64,000 nt of DNA, taken from Bilabrum cf. latius. Its lineage: Eukaryota. Within the stretch, counting starts at the first letter, position 1, and the number at the start of each line of letters is the position of its first letter. Positions 12,001-24,190 of this stretch are shown here, piece by piece. The DNA is taken from contig OZ237752.1 of assembly GCA_965178125.1 (NCBI GenBank), positions 124,001 through 188,000 on the forward strand, written 5' to 3'. The position numbers were made by a program, and so were the translations under genes. The notes under the pieces are model-generated. The model saw only the letters and a list, made by a program, of their open reading frames with translations, searched no databases and was not told where the DNA came from.

Positions 12001-14537
12001 CGGCGCAGGCCCAGCTGGCCGAGCGGGCCCGGTCCGTGGTGAGGGGCTGGTCCCGGGCCTCGACTCTGCTGGAGGAGGAGCTGCAGCACACCACGCGGGA
12101 GCTGGCGCTGCAGGGGAGGGAGGAAGCCAAGGCGCAGGCAGAGCTGGCGCGGCTCAGGGAACAAGCGGCCCAGGCGAAGCGCGCATCGGACGCTGCGCTG
12201 GTGGTGGCGCGGGCCTACAGGGACAGGGCGGGGGGGAGGCTGAGGCAGGCACGTGTCGAGTCCGATGCGCTGGGGCGGCACTCGGCCGGCAAGGCCGTGG
12301 CGGACGCGACCCACGCGGCGGCCACGGTCGGCCAGGAGCTTCTCTCTGCCGCGAGGCAGGAGGCCGTCTCGGAGCTGCAGAGGGCCAGGGACGAGGTCCA
12401 AGCCAAGATCACGGCGGTGCCCGGTCAGATGCGCAAGGCGCTGGAGGAGGACCTGGCTCCTGCACTGGAGCAGGAGAGGAGAGAGGCAGAGGCAGTGGCA
12501 GCCAAGAAAGCAGAGCTAGTGCGCGAGCTCCGGAAGAAGAGAGAGGAGTTGGCTGAGGCCTCGAGAGAGGCGGCGGCGGCGGCTGCGGGACTCGACGTGG
12601 AGCTGCACACGTCCCAGCTGGCGGCCGTGGCGGGCACCGAAGGTTCGCTGCAGCTTCGCCCGGTGACTCCGGGTCGCGCGCCTGCTCCGGCTGGTGGAGG
12701 CTTCAGCTCCCCCCCGCAGGCCGGCAGCGGCAGGGGCCCGCTGGAGACCCTCCCAGCATCGGAGCCGTCGTCCGACTCCCCCGGGCGCTCCCTGCAACGG
12801 CTCCTGCAGCAGTCCGTGCCTCCGGGCGTGACCGACCTCCGGGAGCCCCTGGCCCAGCTCGCCGGTGCCCTCTTCGGGGATGCGGGTGAGGTGGCAGAGG
12901 TGCTGGAGGCCGTGGAGCGGTGGAGCGACGGGGACGCCCAGGACGCCATGGAGGCCGCGGCGGAAGGGGCGGCCAGGCAGGCCAGGCAGGCGCTGCTGGA
13001 GGAGGACGGGGCGAATGCCGCTGCGGCGGCAGCGGCGACGGTCGGGTCGCACTCGTCACACAAGCCCTCGAAGGCGGCCCTGCTGCTGCGCGTGTGGGAC
13101 GAGGGGGTGCTTCCTGTGGAGAGGGCGACGTACGAGGCTGAGCTGGCGCGGGCGCTGGAGCAGCAGGGGGCGGCTGGCACGCCGGCGGAGCTGGCGGCTC
13201 TCCGGAGAACAGTGGCGGGGGTGGCCAACGGCTTGAGCGTTAGAGAGGCCGTGGACCTGGCCGTGGGCATGGGCAACAGGAGGGGGCGGGGCGGGCGCCG
13301 GGGGAGCGCACAGTCAGGATTTGGGTCTGGGTCAGCCATCGCCAGCCATCGTCGCGGCTCCAAAGTAACCGAGGGGGCCCAGTCCGCCTTCCTTGGCGGG
13401 CTGGGGCTGTCCATGGCCGGCGAGTCGGCTTCGGAGAGGAGCAGCCCGGACTCGGCATCTGCGGCAGGAGGCTTGGATGCCGGCGGCACTCAGGTGCAAG
13501 TGCAGGGACAGGGGCAGGGGCAGTCCGCTTCTGTGGCGGAGCAGGAGGCGCGGCAAGCGGCCCTGCTAGCCGCAGGGGTGCAGGACCCGGAGTCGGTGAT
13601 GCAGGCCAAGGAACAACGATCCGCGGCAGACGGCCGTCCAGGGAACAAGCGGGTGACGGATCCCAGCGGGTCCGGCGTGGACCTCACCGTGCTGCCCCCG
13701 CTCGTGCACTGGCGCTTGCTGGAGCGCGTGCGGGGGGGCATGGAGCGAGCGGCCGCCCTCGGCCTCGGGATCGGTGTGGGCGGGATTCGGCGGAGGGGCA
13801 TCGGGCAGGGGCAGGGAGGGAGCAGTGTCTCCTCGGCTGCCTCGGTGTCCAGCTCTGCTTCCGCCACCGAGGCGCCTCAGTCCCGGGGTACAGGCAGTGG
13901 CCAGGCCAGGAGGGGAGGTAGTGCGCTGCGGCGCGGCAGCTCGCACGTGGCGATGCTCAAGGCCCTGCAGGAGTCCGGCGCCGGGGGGGGCATGGGCGAT
14001 GTGACCCCGCCAGGGGGACTGGCGAACGTTCCTCCAGGTTCCTTCTCCTTCGCCAGCACTAGGCCCGGCGAGCCCCGGCGCAGCCCGGTGGATCGCTCGG
14101 GGTCTCCTTTCCCTGGGCACTCGTCACAGGGCCGCAGGCTGCTGCCCGAGGAGAAGCAGGTGCTCAGGCAAGGGGCGCTGCAGCGGCTGGCGGGAGGTGC
14201 TGTGACGAGTGCGCAGGGCCGCGGGCCCGGCTGGGCAGACGCGCGCGTGGGTACCACGTCCGTCTCGAGGCGCCGGGGCGGGCCAGGTGTGACGAGTGCG
14301 GCGTCGCCGGGCGCGCTGTCGTCCAGCCCATCCTCGGTGCGGTTCGCTTTGGAGGCTGGGCGGGAGGGACGGGCGGTGGCGCAGGAATACCAGCCGAAGA
14401 ACGATGCGACATCGAGGGAAGTAAGCGCGCCCGCCGGCGACGGTCGGCGCGCAGAGAAGAGTAGTGGTCGGGACGCGGGCGAGCAGGAGGAGCAGCTCCG
14501 TGCTCGCCTGTTTGCGAGGAGGCGGCGCGCTCGCTGA
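3..14537 (+). CDS. Giant pentatricopeptide-repeat (PPR) protein, 5'-partial, at least 4844 aa when TAG is read as sense
   Basis: ORF-track pieces starting at 15, 729, 1653, 4827, 5352, 6084, 6465, 7164, 7833, 9411, 10107 and 11655 are all in one frame. They are separated only by 12 TAGs (669, 1635, 4794, 5340, 5943, 6390, 7161, 7818, 9390, 9396, 10008, 11625) and end at TGA 14535-14537. PPR-like motifs lie at about 2590-3950, e.g. PTVEACNAMLKVYATRGQAESA, PTPAVFAALIRGYGKAGRLRAARRVF and DAYNAMVGALAEAAMPEQAKAVLLEMDAAGMRPDARTYSLLISAYGRRG. Coiled-coil-like segments lie near the C-terminus. Confidence 0.8.
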
Positions 14538-15510
14538 TGCGGGATGCCTCGAGCTGACGTGTCCTTTGCAATTGATTGAAACCCGCAGTTCTTTCAATGA
14601 TCGTTTGCTTGTACCATTTCGATGGGAAGGGTTCAAGCAGCCGCGACAGCCAAGCTAGGCATCCGCTGGCCCGACTGTACACGCGACCCGCTGATTCTTG
14701 CTACGGTATTTTATCGATCTAGAGGCTTGCGTGGATGGTGTATATCAAATGCCATCATACCAATGATGTCTAGCTGCCAGGGTATGGCACCACGCTTCGC
14801 TCCAGTCCTTTGTGCGTTTCTCCAGGCTTCAGGACTCCGGCGAACCTTCGTTTCTGGCTCTCCAGCGGAACCGCTTCAACGAATCACTTTGTTCACTCGA
14901 TTCCAAGCGAATCTTCAGTAAAATGTGAGCGCTGCCGATTGATTGCGGTTATATAAAGTCTTTGTGCGGATTCCAATGCCTAGAGTCTGCGTTATTGCCG
15001 TAGTTTGTCGGTCTTGCCGACTGTTCTTGCGCGGCTGTTCGCTGCGATATGGCCAATTTGAATACGTGGAGGCTTAGTGAAATTGTTATTTAGCACATTT
15101 TGATAAGCACTTTGTGGTTTTGGGCGCTGTTTGGAAGAAAAAGTTGGAGGAGTGCTCCAGCTCCAGTTCCTTGAGACTTGTCGTAAAAACGACGTCCGCC
15201 CGATTCGGCCGAGGCCCGTGCGATGTGCAAGGCATGCAATTGATGGTAGCCATAGCTCTATGTTGTATGAATCATGTTTAACTTATTATGCGAGTAAAAA
15301 TCGTGTGCGTGGCCACAAAATTGTAGCTATTGCCGGTGTTCTTGTGATGGACACTGCGCTTCTACTTCAACAGAGGAACTTTGCAGTATAGCTCGGGCAT
15401 GCCGCGGGCACTCGTGATGAAATGCTATAATTAAGCTATTACGATTCCAATATTGATGTATCACTGAATAATTTCCTCGCAGACCCAATCTTTCGGCCTC
15501 GTTGCATAGG

Positions 15511-18010
15511 ATGTCATCAATCGGAAAGCGAGTTGTTGTGCTCAAGGTGGGAACGTCCAGCATTTTAACCCCGGACTATTCGTCGATTCGGCTGTCAATG
15601 ATAGCCACCATCGCGGAAGTATGCGCTCGGCTGAAGGTGTTCGGCTTCGAGCCGATCGTCGTGAGCTCTGGAGCGGTGGGCGTCGGTTGCGTGCGATTGC
15701 ATCGAAAGAGCCGCCCGCAGGAGATTTCGACCGTCCAGGCGCTCGCCTCGGTCGGTTAGGGCTACTTGATGCGCATGTGGGACGATGCTTTGTCCGCGGT
15801 GAACCTGCGGGCCGGCCTAATCCTGCTCACGTACGATTCGTTTGGCGAGCGCGCCCATTACAACGCGGCGAGCGCATGCTTCCAGGAGATGCTGAAGATC
15901 GGAGCAGTGCCCATCGTGAACAATAACGATGCCACCGGCGTCACACAGATTGAGGACAACGACACGCTCGCGGCCATGGTGGCAGCAATGGTGAGGCTTT
16001 GATCTGGCCGTCCGCGGTACAAGATTCGCAAGGCGCCGTGCCCCGCGCATTGCGCAATGTATTGTGCATTGGTGTGTTCGTGTGCTAAAGCGCTTGCTTT
16101 CGTCCATTCCCACGCCCCGCCCCTGCTACCACCCCGCGCCCACTCGCACCTCCTCTCTTCACCCGATTTGTTCCACCCATCCTCCCCCCCCCCCACCACC
16201 CATGCAGACGCAAGCGGAGCACTGCTTCATCCTCACAGACGTGAATGGCCTCTACACGGCCAACCCCAGGACGGACGCCCAGGCCCGCCTCGTGCGGTCG
16301 GTGCAGCCCCGGATCCTCCCCCAGCTCAAGAAGGCCCTCCAGCACGAGGGAACAGACCTGGGCATGCTGCTGGCGGAGGCCTCCCAGCAGGGGGCGGCCA
16401 AGCTCGCGGGCCCGCCCCCGGCAGCAGTGGCTGCCGCAGCGGCCGCCGCAGCCGAGGCGGCAGCGGCGGCCGTGGCCGTGGCCGCCGAAGCCGTCGCCGA
16501 GTCCCAGGCCATGGCCGCGGAAGAGGCCCAGATGGCTGCCTCGGGAATGGGCAAGTACCACCACGGGGCCATGGTGACCGCGGGCATGAGGGCTCTGGGC
16601 GAGAGAGTGCTGGGCGGGGGGCAGCAGAACGGTGGCCAGTGGGGCCAGCACAGCGGGGGCATGGGGAGCCAAGGGGGCCCGCAGCAGCACTCGAGCGGGT
16701 CGCTGCTGGCCATCGGGCCCCCGCCCCCGGGCTCAGCCGCCGGTGCCTCGGACGACGACGACGCCGCGAGCTCAGTGGCCCGCAGCAGGGACGACCCGGA
16801 ATCGGATCGGGAGTCCGACATGGGCTCCGGGAACGGCGGGGACTCGGGCGCGGGCTACAACCAGGGAGGCAACCGCTCCGTGGCGGGTCTGGCGCACCAC
16901 GTTGCCATCTCCTCCCGGGCCTCTGTGGGCTCCCGCTGGTCCAACGACGGGAACGGGAGCCTTTCCGGACACGTGCCCGCGGGCAGCGCCTCGGCCTTGG
17001 GCTCAGGCACGGGCGAGCGGAAGGCCTCCGGCGACTCGGCCGCGCCAGCGGGCATGGCCGTGGCGGCCGTGACCCCCCCGGGCCCCCAGCCCAGCACGGG
17101 CGCGGGCAGCGAGGCCAAGTCTGGCGACGGTGACGGTGACGACGACGAAGACAAGCAGAGGAGCGGGACCTGGGGTACAGGCGGGATGGCCACGAAGCTG
17201 ATCGCCGCCCAGATCGCCACTGCCTGCGGGGCGACCTACCACATCATCGCGTCCGATCGTGTGACGAGGGTACCCGAGGCTGTGGCCCATAGGAAGCGCG
17301 TGGGCACGATGTTCCTTCCATGCGCCCGGCCCATCAAGGGCCAGAAGCGCTGGATCCTGAGCCTGCAGGCACAGGGCAGGCTGGTGATGGACATGGGGGC
17401 AGCCGGTGCCGTGATCCACAACCGCAAGAGCCTCTTCGCGGCTGGGATCGCCTCTGTGGAGGGCGACTTCAGCGCGCACGAGGCCGTGCTGCTGGTGGAC
17501 CCACGAGGGCACGAGCTGGCGCAGGCCATGGTGAACTACTCCCGGGACGAGGTGGACAAGATCCGTGGGGCGGACTCGAAGGACATCCCCGGGCTGCTGG
17601 GCTACGAGGGCACCGACACCGTGTGCCACCGGGACAACATCGTGGTGCTGGGGGAGAGGGCCTCGGTGGCGGAGGACAAGGACGAGGGGGGGGCCAGCGT
17701 GCCCCCACTGGGGGGGACCGCGGCCCCGCGGCTGCCGAGCTACCCCACCCACGGGGAGGACAAGGTGGGGGAGGCCTAGGACGTGAGAGGGGATGCCCTG
17801 CGTGCGGCCGACGCCGCCATGCGAGCGGGCGGGATCGGCACCAAGGGAAAGTCGGGGTCTGCCAGCACATCGGAGCTGCAGGCTCTGGCGGGCGCGGGCG
17901 GTGGGCAGCAGCGCCGCGTCTCGGGCGAGCACGGGGACTCGAGTCGCTCGCTCACCCCGCTGGCCCAGCAGATCGAAGCCAATCTCGCGGAGCAACGAAA
18001 ACAGGAATGA
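15511..18010 (+). CDS. proB: Glutamate 5-kinase with C-terminal PUA domain (ProB/Pro1 family); exons 15511-15990 and 16208-18010
   Basis: Motifs VVLKVGTSS, IVVSSGAVGVG, QALASVG*GYLM, PIVNNND, DNDTLAA, ILTDVNGLYTANP, GTGGMATK, and PUA-like GRLVMDMGA..SLFAAGIASVEGDF..VCHRDN. GT-AG intron 15991-16207 (phase 0). In-frame TAGs at 15757 and 17777; TGA stop. Confidence 0.92.
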
Positions 18011-18230
18011 GGCGCCGGCAGCGCGGTCTCGGTTGGCTGTCGGCAATGGGTATTTATAAACGGTGAATGAGTTTCCTAGCTGCGAACCGGTGTGCCTGTG
18101 GCACGTGCTGTCCACATCATGGACCATGCGGCACCGCGGTGTGCGAGGAGCACCTGCTTATATACAGCTTCCGGTTTCGGAGCAAACACAAACAAAAGTG
18201 TATTTTCTAATCAAGGTGGCCGCCAACGCC

Positions 18231-20393
18231 ATGCAAGGTAACTCAGGCGCTTTGTTAATGCTACAAACTCGTTCTCGAGGTCTATAGATAGGCGTGGGAG
18301 CAGCAGTGAAGCTGCTGCGAGAGTGCAAAGCGAGCAAGGTGGCGGCACACATGGAGGCGTTGCGCAGCGCTGCATTCTCCGTAGACCACTGCGAGCGGCT
18401 GAGCGATCTTTTAAAAATAAAACCTTCATTGGATGCCTTCTAGGCTACTATGTCTGTCATTGTAGCGCGATGCCAATTGGTGGAGCTCGAGCTGCAACTG
18501 AGCAGATCGACAATTAAGTGCCGAGAAGGCGCCGAACAGCTCGGACGATTGCTCTCAATGGTATCCACTAAAATATTTGCCTTGGTTGTGTCTGGCTAGT
18601 GCGCCGTGGATATCGACGTGGTGTTGGCGGCGACGAGCAAAGTGGCCTCGTGCATTGTGCGTTCAATTTCGCGGCTGTCAGGCCCTCCGGCGGAGAGCGA
18701 CGACACCACTATGTTTCCATCACTCGATTTAAGCGATTGTATCGAGAAAATCCGCGATACCTTGCTGGAGGAGCTGGTCTGGATGCTTCGCGCAGGCTTC
18801 GCACAAGTGCTGCACGGCGGGGACGAAGCAAGCGTGGAGCGCGGAGCGGCCGCCTGCCTAGGCGCACTGCGTTTGATACTGACTGATTGTCGCGACGCTC
18901 TGGGAGAAGTGGATGTGGTCCACTTTCTGTACGAGGATCTGGAGCTGCCTGCCACCGACAAGCGAGCTGCGGGTGGCAGCTCCTCAGCTGGCTCACCGGA
19001 GTTCGACGTAGCCACTTCTGGCGATACCAAGGAGCCTATGAGGCCCAACATTGATCATGGTGCCCAATCTGCCAAAGTAGTCGTCCAGGCTGCCCTCACG
19101 ATGGTGCAGGCGGGCGCCCCGACGGCCTCGGCTGCAGGGCTCCTCAACTGTGTGCTAGAGGCTGACAGGCCCATGCGACCGGCGCGGGCTGAAAGCAGCG
19201 AGAGCGGCGACCCAAACAGAGTGGCCATGCGAGTCCGCAGGATGAGCATGGCGGCGCAAGGGAAGCTGGCCTTTGTCGCTATCCGGATCGTGCAGCTGGC
19301 TGCGTGCGCCGCCCCCCGTCTCCTGGGGAAGCGCATGCTAGGAGTGGCAGTCTCGCAGGCAGCCATGTCCACGTCAAGGAGCATGCAGTACACGCTTCTG
19401 TGCTGGCAGGCGGCCTGTGCGATCGCCTGCGGGGCGGGGCCACCGTCACTGACCGACCTCGGCAGTCTGGTACGGAGCGCGGTCGCCGGGCCGATCTGCG
19501 ACGCCGTGTCGATCGAGGTGGGCAGTGAGCCGGCGTCGGGGGACGCCACGACTGTGCTCCTACTGCAAGCCAAGTAGCGGTCACCAATCGACGTCCTAGC
19601 TGCAGCGATGCACCTGCGGGCGTGCGTGGTGCCTGTCATGGTGGCTGCGGTCGGTGCCCGGATGGCTCCGGAGAAGTCCTCTCCTCCCGGGCAGACCGCA
19701 GGCTCTACCGGTGCACCATCGTCATCGTCATCCTCGTCATCCTCGTCGTCCTCGTCATCCTCGTCGTCCTCGTCATCCTTGTCGTCCTCGTCATCCTCAT
19801 CTTCATCGGCATCGTCTGCGGCAGCAACATCGGCTGCCTCCTTCGAAGATGCCAGGCGGCAGGTGCTGGCCCTGTGCCTCGATGCCGTCGGGGCGGCGTG
19901 CGGGAGCCTGCAAGCGAAAATCAAGGACAAGTGCGCCAGCGGCACGCAGGCATACGGGGATGCCATGGTCGCTGCCGATCGGAGCGCAGCTGGACTGGGT
20001 GAGGACGCAAGGAGTAGGGTGCGGGAGGCCGCGGCCAGGACGCTGCTGCAGGGCCCAACCCTCCGTGCGCTCGCCTTACTGCGGTCCTGTCAGCAGGAGC
20101 TGTCTGCGATTCTCCGCGCCGGGCAGGAGGCGGGCTCGGCGGGGTGGGCACGCGCAGAGGCAATCGAGGAAGCGCTCAAGGGGTATGTGGCCGAGCGGGT
20201 CTTGTGCCTAGCAGCATGCAGCTCTGTCGCAGGCAAGGGCCAGATCCGTGCGGCCCTTCGGGTGCCCGCGGTGGCCATGGGGCCCGCTGCCTTCGAGGAG
20301 GCCTGGGCCGCGGCCGGGGGTGAGACTGGGATGGGCGCTATCGGGGCGTGGCAGGATGTGCTGGACTGGTCCGGTGCAGGGCAGGTTACGTGA
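18231..20393 (+). CDS. Hypothetical alpha-helical protein, continuous if TAG is sense; start uncertain
   Basis: One frame from ATG 18231 to TGA 20391-20393, interrupted only by TAG at 18285, 18441, 18597 and 19575. Contains a poly-Ser tract; no recognisable domain. Confidence 0.55.
19718..19810 (+). repeat. TCN trinucleotide low-complexity repeat encoding poly-Ser
   Basis: tcg/tca/tcc iterations, directly visible. Confidence 0.8.
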
Positions 20394-20478
20394 CCAGCCG
20401 AGTGAACGTGCTCGTAGCAGCGGTAATATTTGCTTCTAGAGATAAATCAATCAACAGAAGGATGCTTCGCCGCCCCTT

Positions 20479-23400
20479 TTAATCATCCTTGATGCGCCTC
20501 TCCCCGGCCCTGCCTCCACCGCTCGTCCTGCAGCACATCACCATGGACAGCAGGCACGTGGTCGCCACCCAAGCCCCGTTGCACACTGCTGATCCCGCCT
20601 GAACAGGCCATCGCACCGCCGCCATCACTGCGTTGGCGCTGGACTCGATTCCCCCCGAGAGCAGCAGGCAGGGCGCCATGATGCACACCCTAAGGGCGAG
20701 AGACACGAGGCGGGTTGGCCCCAGGCTGCGCGCTGCAAGCCCGCCCCCGCTGCCACTCCTCACAGCGACCGCCTGCGACGCCCGACCGTGGCTACCGGAC
20801 CCAGCGATCAGCCCGCTCTCGTGCCCTGTCGCTGCCGTGCTTCCCGACAGCACGGTGTCGCAGTCCCAGTCGTGGACCCCGTCGTCCAGGCCTCTTGTTC
20901 CCTCCACCTGGGGCTCTCCACCCTCTGCCACCTGAGGCAGACCTCCCTTCCCATCGTGTCCCCCCTCAGCACCACTGGGCTCTCCTCCGCCCAGGCTAGA
21001 ACTGCTCCCGGCCCGAAACACGCTGAAAGCCCCAGAACCTGCCCTCAGCCCGAAATCCCGCAGGTCACTCAGTGAGCCCGCCCCATCGTCATCGTCACTA
21101 TCTTCATCTTCATCCATGCCCGCGCCGCCTTCTTGGTTCTCTCCGTCGCGCCCACGAGCATGGGCATCGGTGGGTTCAGCAGCGCTCCGTGGGGCGGGGG
21201 CGCGCGCTGGCTCAATAGGTGCTCCTCCATGGTCGTGCTCATGGTCGCTGGGGACGCTGCCGGAGGTGCTTCCTATGCTCCCGTGACTCGCTGCCGTTGA
21301 ATCGATGCCCGGAGCAACGTCCGCATTGTGCATGCTGTGCACGCTGGAACGCCGTTGATTCATCCCCCCGCCCTCCACCGTGCCACCTCTCATGCCATCC
21401 GCGCGCCATCGCGCCGCCCTGCTGTCGGCCTCCTGCCTGGAAATGCTCTCCTGCAGCTCCCCCACCACTCCTCGCAGGCTATCTGCGGCTCTCTGCGCGA
21501 TGTCTCTGCTCCTCTGGGCCGCCCTCCTGGCCCTGCGCTCCGCCTCCAGCTCCTTCTCAACTGCTTCCAGCCGCTGCAGGGCCACGTCACGCTCGGCGGT
21601 GGCGCGCTGCCTGCGGTCGACGGAGGAATGGTGCCGGCTGAGGGTGCTCCTAGCAGAACCCCGGCGATGCATCCCGTGAGTTCCTGTGCTATTGACTATC
21701 GCACTGCCACTGCCACCAAGTTCACGCGCATTCCCGGCGCCATGGAAATGGCCCATGCCACCGAAACTGCGGGCTTGCTCGCTGGGCATTGGCTGTGCCG
21801 TGCTGGACCTCGCCACTGGCAATCCCTTCTGCTCCTGGACGTGGGACCACCTGCTGCCCACAACGCTGCCATTGCCTGGATTGCTCGTGCTTGCAGCTGC
21901 CGGCAGTGCGCCAGTCCCGATGGACCCACCGCTGGGCACGCGGGACTATCCATCGGACGTGGGAGATGTCGTCGACAATGCTTGATCCCTGCTGCTGGAG
22001 AACAATGATCGCGCCAGACCGAATATGCCTGTGCCAAGGGCAGCACCCGCACCCTCACGGCTCGCGGTCCCACTGCCCTCCTGCGCTGCCCCTCTTGCCT
22101 TTGGTGCATCAGGTGCTGGAGTGGGCGGTACCCACCCACCTCCGTCCGATGGAGACAGGGCAAACGCAGCATCCTGCACCTACTGACCATCCGTCGCTGC
22201 ATCTTCGGGGCTTGCCCGAGACCCTGACCCAGCCGGGCGTAGCAGAGCAGCAGATGAGCCCCCCTGCCTGTTGTTACCGCTGCTACTGCCGCCAATGCTC
22301 TCCTTGCTGCGGAACCGACGGCGCCGCGCGACAGCTCCATCCACCGGAGAACTACCCCGCTCCTGGTCCTGGTCCTGGTCCTGGTCGGGTGTGTGCAGCA
22401 GCACACCGCCGTCCATCGTCACGCCAGCGCCCAAGCTGCCGTCGATCGCAACTCTCTGACCAATGGACACCCCAGGTGAGCTGCTGCCTTCATCTCCTTG
22501 CTCCTCTTCCTCTTTGTTTACCACCTCCTGGCCGTCCCCATCGTGCCCTGGTTCCCACCCGCCTGCGTGCAACCCCTGTGCATGCAGCTCAGCCCGTGAC
22601 ACGTACCCGCCATCAGCAGGTCTGCCATCCCGGGCACCACTCTTAGCCGTTGAACCCGCAACCGTCCCTGTCGCCGTTGAACCCGCAACCGTCCCTGTCG
22701 CCCCATCTCCCCCTCCCCCTCCCCCTCCCCCCGGCAGCAGCGGCACGTTGAACACGTCAAGGTCAGACACCGCAGCGGCCTGGCTCCAATCGCTCGCGTT
22801 GCTGCCGCGGCGCTCCATGGGCCGCCGCCACCGGGACATGGACATGCTGCTATCGCTGCCGCGCCGGTTTCCGATAGACGGGTGCACTGTGTGGTGGTGG
22901 GAGAGCATGCGGTGGCCAATGGCACTGCTGGCTCTAGCATTCGGTCGAGATAGGCGAGACGTACTACCCAATGCAGCGCCGTCCACAGACGCACGGGCCA
23001 CAGCTCCCGAGAGCCGGGGGCTATCGGCTCTGGTCCGTAATGCAGCTTCTGTGGCGACACGCTCCAGCCGAGTGCGGCGCTCGGTCGCCGCTTTCTCTTC
23101 CTTTGCAGCAGCAGCTGCGTCGTCGAGGTGCGCACCGAGCATGCCTTCCTGCATCGTGCCAACTCGTTTCAGTAGGACCGCGCGCTGGCGCTCCGCTGCG
23201 GCGGCTCTTTCCTTAGCCTGCTCTGCTTCTTTCCGAGCGGCCTCTGCTTGCGATTTCGCTTCTTGTAGCTCTACTTCCAGAGCCTCTTGGCGCCGCAGCA
23301 GCCGGAGCCCGATGGCGGCAGCCTTGGCCGCGGCGTCATCCTCATCCGTAGTGTCTCCATCCTCCGTACCGCCGTCTGTACCCTCGAAAGAGCCATCATC

Positions 23401-23990
23401 ATCGCTTTCCTGCCCGATAACAGCCGCACCTTGTGAGCTTGATGCTGTCGACCTGCTGGCTAGCGGCGAGCCATGCGTAGCATGCACAATGGGCGCTCGC
23501 TACTAGTTCATTCGACGGGTCTCGGATTTCGGGCTAGCATAGCTTGCGCTTCTGGAACGTTGTACTGAGCCTCCATCGCTGCTGCGTGTGGTGGGCTCGT
23601 TGTGGCGAGTTGGCGCCACTGGCGGTCGGCGGCTGCCGTCGTCTCCGGGCATTTCTTCATCCAACCGACGTCCTCGCCCCCGTCGACGCGGGCGGTGCTG
23701 AGATGAAGAAGACTCTCCTGCCGTCTGAACCTACGAGGGATCATTGTCCCGTAATTTGGATCGTTTTCGGTCCTGTTTCCACTGGTGTGATTCTGCCGAT
23801 TGCAAAAAGTCGATCAATTCCTGCGTGGTACGATCGGGCCAGGAACGAGGAATATACTTCATGCCTAATATATGTACCGTAGCAGTGGGTATGCTCTGAA
23901 ACAGGATACGACTCGAGCATAACACGTATCGGCTCATTTCGTTCTCACGCCCATTCCGGGCGACTCTGCTGCCAAATCTTCATCCGACAT
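20479..23990 (-). CDS. Hypothetical coiled-coil protein with hydrophobic C-terminal segments; 5' exon tentative
   Basis: One minus frame from about 23895 to TAA at 20479-20481, interrupted only by TAG at 23731, 23503, 23500, 22180 and 21946. Two heptad-rich segments (RRQEALEVELQEAK.., LQRLEAVEKELEAERR..). Tentative first exon 23949-23990 with GT-AG intron 23896-23948. Confidence 0.6.
22646..22699. repeat. Perfect 27-nt tandem duplication within a CDS
   Basis: gccgttgaacccgcaaccgtccctgtc occurs twice; it encodes a repeated TGTVAGSTA peptide on the minus strand. Confidence 0.85.
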
Positions 23991-24190
23991 TCTCAGGTGA
24001 CTCTCAGACATAATATTGTAGGGTATACGTGCGTTGCTGTACCCAATCGCCGTCCCAGTGGCTTTCAAGCTGTTGCGCACAGTAGAATGAGTGCGGGCCA
24101 TCAAGAGCCATCCGGTTCGCCGACGCCTCGTGGTCGCAAGTCGGCGAGCTAAAACTCCAGCCGGATCCTCCCCTTCTGTCTCTCAGCCAC

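Noticed and set aside
14538-15510. Possible gene or RNA gene in the AT-richer spacer (also 29700-30280 and 46840-47440)
   Set aside because: There are only short ORFs without motifs and no tRNA or rRNA structure I could recognise. No suppressor tRNA was seen in this window.
15757-15759. Pyrrolysine insertion or A-to-I editing (UAG to Trp) at TAG sites
   Set aside because: The contexts call for Gln (conserved kinase motif, poly-Q runs), TAGs occur in unrelated genes, and no pyl genes are present in the window.
18285-18599. Three TAGs spaced exactly 156 nt apart (18285, 18441, 18597)
   Set aside because: I saw no underlying sequence repeat between the intervals, so this is most likely coincidence.
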